Shown: piece by piece, positions 60,573-64,000 of the stretch
Layout of the letters: each line of letters begins with the position of its first letter
Position numbering within the stretch: position 1 is the first letter of the stretch
Source: a plasmid
Sequence record: NZ_CP088228.1
Length of the DNA: 64,000 nt
Strand: one strand, 5' to 3'
The notes under the pieces: model-generated
The model's database searches: none
What the model saw: the letters and a program-made list of their open reading frames with translations, nothing else
What the model was told of the DNA's origin: nothing
Position numbers and translations under genes: made by a program

Positions 60573-61931
60573 ATGGACCTGGTGTGGAAAAAAAATCCAA
60601 GGGGAAGGCTTGAAAGGAAACTGAATCTGGCAGAGAGAGAGGCATTGCTGCATGTGTTCAGCAACGGTCGAAAACCCGCTCAGGCTGATTTACGTATAGC
60701 AAATTCTGTGCTTGAAGAAATGGACCGCCGTAAGTTGTGGTTAAAATGCGATTGCGTCGAACATGACCCGAACATTGAAGGTCCTTTTAACTGCGAGGTT
60801 AACGTTGCCAGGTTACGCCACGTCAAGACGACAAGACAGCATGATGAACAGTGCCCTTTGTTCAGGCTAAAGAAAAGTAAGGACGCTGATAACACTATCA
60901 CTGAAGGAAAAACCAGCCCACTAAATCCGGTTGGCGGTAATGACTGGCTACCTGACAAGAAGAAAGACACCAAAATCACCGCTGTGGAAGGGCCGGTAGT
61001 GCCCCGTAAGCGTCGACGCAAAACTCTTAAACCCATTCCGGCTCTAGGCCGAAAATTGCTGACTCTCATTCAGGCAGCTGGCCTGAACCAACTTGAACTA
61101 GTACCTGAATATAAAAGTCCGGGGTTAGTCGGTTCGGTCAAAAGAATAAAAGAAGTTCTGGATGAACATACAATGGGCAATGGAACACAGCTTAATATGC
61201 TGTTCAGTTGCGCGCCCTGGCTGTCCCTCGAACGGATTAACGACATGCTGACTCAGCTGGAAGTCTCACTGCAGACTGATAGCAGTGATAAGGAGTCATG
61301 CGTGTATATCATTGGTATTGCGACCGATGCCAGTCGGGAAGAAGTAACCTTTAGCGTTCGGAGTAATACTTTTATCCATAGGCCTGAAGCCCGAGTCAGT
61401 ATCAATGGCGAAAGCACCTACAACACTGGCAGTCGGGCCCCATACTGGGCAATTCTGGAATACCGCAGAGGTAGGGATGGCAAGGTTTACTGCCATGAGG
61501 GCTATGCGCATGCTGCGTATACGCTTGATAATCCTGTGCCTGTGGATAGCAACAAAGAACGCGACACACTGAAGGTAATAATAAACGCCAGCAGCTATGC
61601 TGGCCGTCAGGAAAATCATCCGGATGCTATCAGCCTCAGCAAGCCACTTTTCACGTCTAAAAGCACTAAAAATGGGGTGGAGGAGGTCATTCATCCTGAC
61701 TTCATACTGAATGTAGTTCCGAGCAAAGAAAACATCGTTACCACTTTGATCATCGAAACAATGGGCTCTGAATCCGAGGAGTATGTCGAGCGTAAACTGC
61801 AAACACATAGCTGGATGGAGCAGGAAGGTGTGCTCTTAACTGATCCTCCGGGTTGGCCAGAACCTTCAGACAGGACATTTAACAGCTTCCTGCTCAAACA
61901 CATTTTTAGTGCAGGGAAAATGCACAATTAG
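60573..61931 (+). CDS. Large hypothetical protein (452 aa) with N-terminal Cys cluster
   Basis: ORF with RBS gaaggagt; CDC...C...C cluster (KCDCVEHDP...FNCEV...DEQCP); no family recognised. Confidence 0.55.
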   Translation: MDLVWKKNPRGRLERKLNLAEREALLHVFSNGRKPAQADLRIANSVLEEMDRRKLWLKCDCVEHDPNIEGPFNCEVNVARLRHVKTTRQHDEQCPLFRLKKSKDADNTITEGKTSPLNPVGGNDWLPDKKKDTKITAVEGPVVPRKRRRKTLKPIPALGRKLLTLIQAAGLNQLELVPEYKSPGLVGSVKRIKEVLDEHTMGNGTQLNMLFSCAPWLSLERINDMLTQLEVSLQTDSSDKESCVYIIGIATDASREEVTFSVRSNTFIHRPEARVSINGESTYNTGSRAPYWAILEYRRGRDGKVYCHEGYAHAAYTLDNPVPVDSNKERDTLKVIINASSYAGRQENHPDAISLSKPLFTSKSTKNGVEEVIHPDFILNVVPSKENIVTTLIIETMGSESEEYVERKLQTHSWMEQEGVLLTDPPGWPEPSDRTFNSFLLKHIFSAGKMHN

Positions 61932-61974
61932 TTCAGGCAGCGGTTTTGAATTCAAATAGTGACAATGCACCCTC

Positions 61975-62225
61975 AGCCAGAAGTGGAAAGGACGCACTTA
62001 AGTGTGACAAACGACACTCAGGGCTGAGGGGATATGTGACAAGCTGCACTGAACTAAATGTGACAAATTGCCCTCATTAAGTGTATTTAAAGCACAAAAT
62101 CGGAACCATGTAGTTCCAGAAAACCAGTCAGGGCAAAGGAAGACAAACTATTCTGTGACAAATCACCCTGAGAGCTTTAACTCTAGTGTGACAAACCACC
62201 CTGCTAATTGTGACAAATCACCCTC
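61975..62225. repeat. RepFIA iterons (incC-like direct repeats)
   Basis: Five copies of tgtgacaaaYYRCCCTSA (gtgacaaacgacactca, tgtgacaagctgcactga, tgtgacaaattgccctca, tgtgacaaatcaccctga, gtgacaaaccaccctgc/tgtgacaaatcaccctca). Confidence 0.8.
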
Positions 62226-62230
62226 AAAAC

Positions 62231-63300
<1,070 letters not shown>

Positions 63301-63429
63301 TAACCATTAGACTCCGAGCGTAAGCAGAATTTATCCGTGCAGTTCCCTGGTGCTTCCTCGCTCACTCGCGGGCTTCGCCCTGTCGTTCGGCTGCGGCGAG
63401 CACTACTGGCTCTCTCTGAAAAGCGAAAT

Positions 63430-64000
63430 TTAACCGATCCTCGCTATGGGGATATCTTTCCAGCGTGTGGTATACGCAGGGGAGAGCATATCGCGTTTCA
63501 TCTGCCATGCAGGCGCAATCCCTCGTCCTGCAAACCAGATCTGTCCCAGTCCGGAATGATTAATGCCATCAAGAACCTTCATCAGCTCAGCGCTGTGAGG
63601 ACGTGGCGGACGTTCGTCGAACAGCTGCAGCTGCGAAACGCCGGAGCCGGTGAAGTCATTCAGCATCACACCGGCTTTGGCATACCGGTGGCCATCCTTC
63701 CAGATACGCTCCAGAGCCGTTGTGGCGGCCGCAATAATGTCCCGGGTGTCCTGGGTGGGGGTAAGCAGTTTCTCCGTGGCCACGTTGCCATAGTAAGGCT
63801 CTTTAACGGCGAACGGAGACGTTTTGATGAAAACGGAAATATGCCGGCAATACTGGTGTTCTTTACGCAGCTTTTCTGAGGCCCGCTCTGCGTACTGACA
63901 GACAGCCTGGCGGAGCGAATCGTACTCCGTGATTTTCTCTCCAAAACTGCGGCTGCAGACAATCTGCTGTTTCACTGGCGGGGCTTCCTCAAGTGACATA
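63430..64000 (-). CDS. umuC: UmuC C-terminal portion; gene continues beyond window end
   Basis: ...VCSRSFGEKITEY...CRHISVFIKTSPFAVKEPYYGN...QLQLFDE...WQMKRDMLSPAYTTRW matches UmuC C-terminal region; stop at 63430. Confidence 0.8.
   Translation of the reverse strand, partial: MSLEEAPPVKQQIVCSRSFGEKITEYDSLRQAVCQYAERASEKLRKEHQYCRHISVFIKTSPFAVKEPYYGNVATEKLLTPTQDTRDIIAAATTALERIWKDGHRYAKAGVMLNDFTGSGVSQLQLFDERPPRPHSAELMKVLDGINHSGLGQIWFAGRGIAPAWQMKRDMLSPAYTTRWKDIPIARIG

Noticed and set aside
63337-63879. 180-aa plus-strand ORF at the window end
   Set aside because: It is antisense to the UmuC C-terminal coding region, which has a strong family match.

Overview
The window reads as an almost complete F-like (RepFIA-type) plasmid backbone from an enterobacterial host, interrupted by three accessory modules. 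The two window ends carry the N- and C-terminal pieces of a umuC gene. The pieces cannot be joined in frame directly; about 0.3 kb appears to lie outside the window.

Backbone, in window order:
- umuDC with a LexA box.
- An actin-type parM/parR-like partition locus.
- A roughly 19 kb conjugative leading region. It carries an orphan beta-class N6-adenine methyltransferase, klcA, a ParB/KorB-like 670-aa protein, psiB-psiA, hok/mok/sok, a DUF932 protein, an HsdM-like protein that lacks the catalytic motif, and many small acidic ORFs.
- An F-type oriT (nick site near 19726/19727, TraM-binding repeats) and traM.
- At the far end of the window: resD, ParA/ParG-like partition genes, RepFIA iterons, repE and ori2.

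The leading region is organised around two families of GC-rich repeats with three copies each. They resemble single-strand-initiation (Frpo/ssi-type) promoters. The larger family supplies promoter, leader, RBS and the first roughly 15 codons to three otherwise unrelated ORFs.

The whole tra operon is absent. In its place, right after traM and a convergent tandem-Arc RHH gene, sits a 10.4 kb Tn21-subfamily transposon. Both of its 38-bp IRs are split by 1327-bp IS5075/IS4321-like IS110-family elements. Its cargo is a SulP-STAS transporter, a tandem UspA and a low-GC GT2 glycosyltransferase. No flanking target-site duplication is visible.

Further along are:
- a DsbA-like gene;
- a RelB/ParE-type toxin-antitoxin pair;
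- an mcr-9/mcr-10-lineage phosphoethanolamine transferase next to a xerC-like recombinase (an mcr-10-type context);
- a 17 kb island bounded by inverted IS5 copies. It carries thiol-redox and metal-stress genes, an IS903-like insertion, a BetT-like transporter and a Tn21-family remnant (intact 38-bp IR, res site, resolvase).

No rRNA, tRNA or CRISPR arrays were seen. Most interest lies in the uncharacterised leading-region genes, which are candidate anti-defence or establishment functions, and in the modular repeat architecture that drives them.
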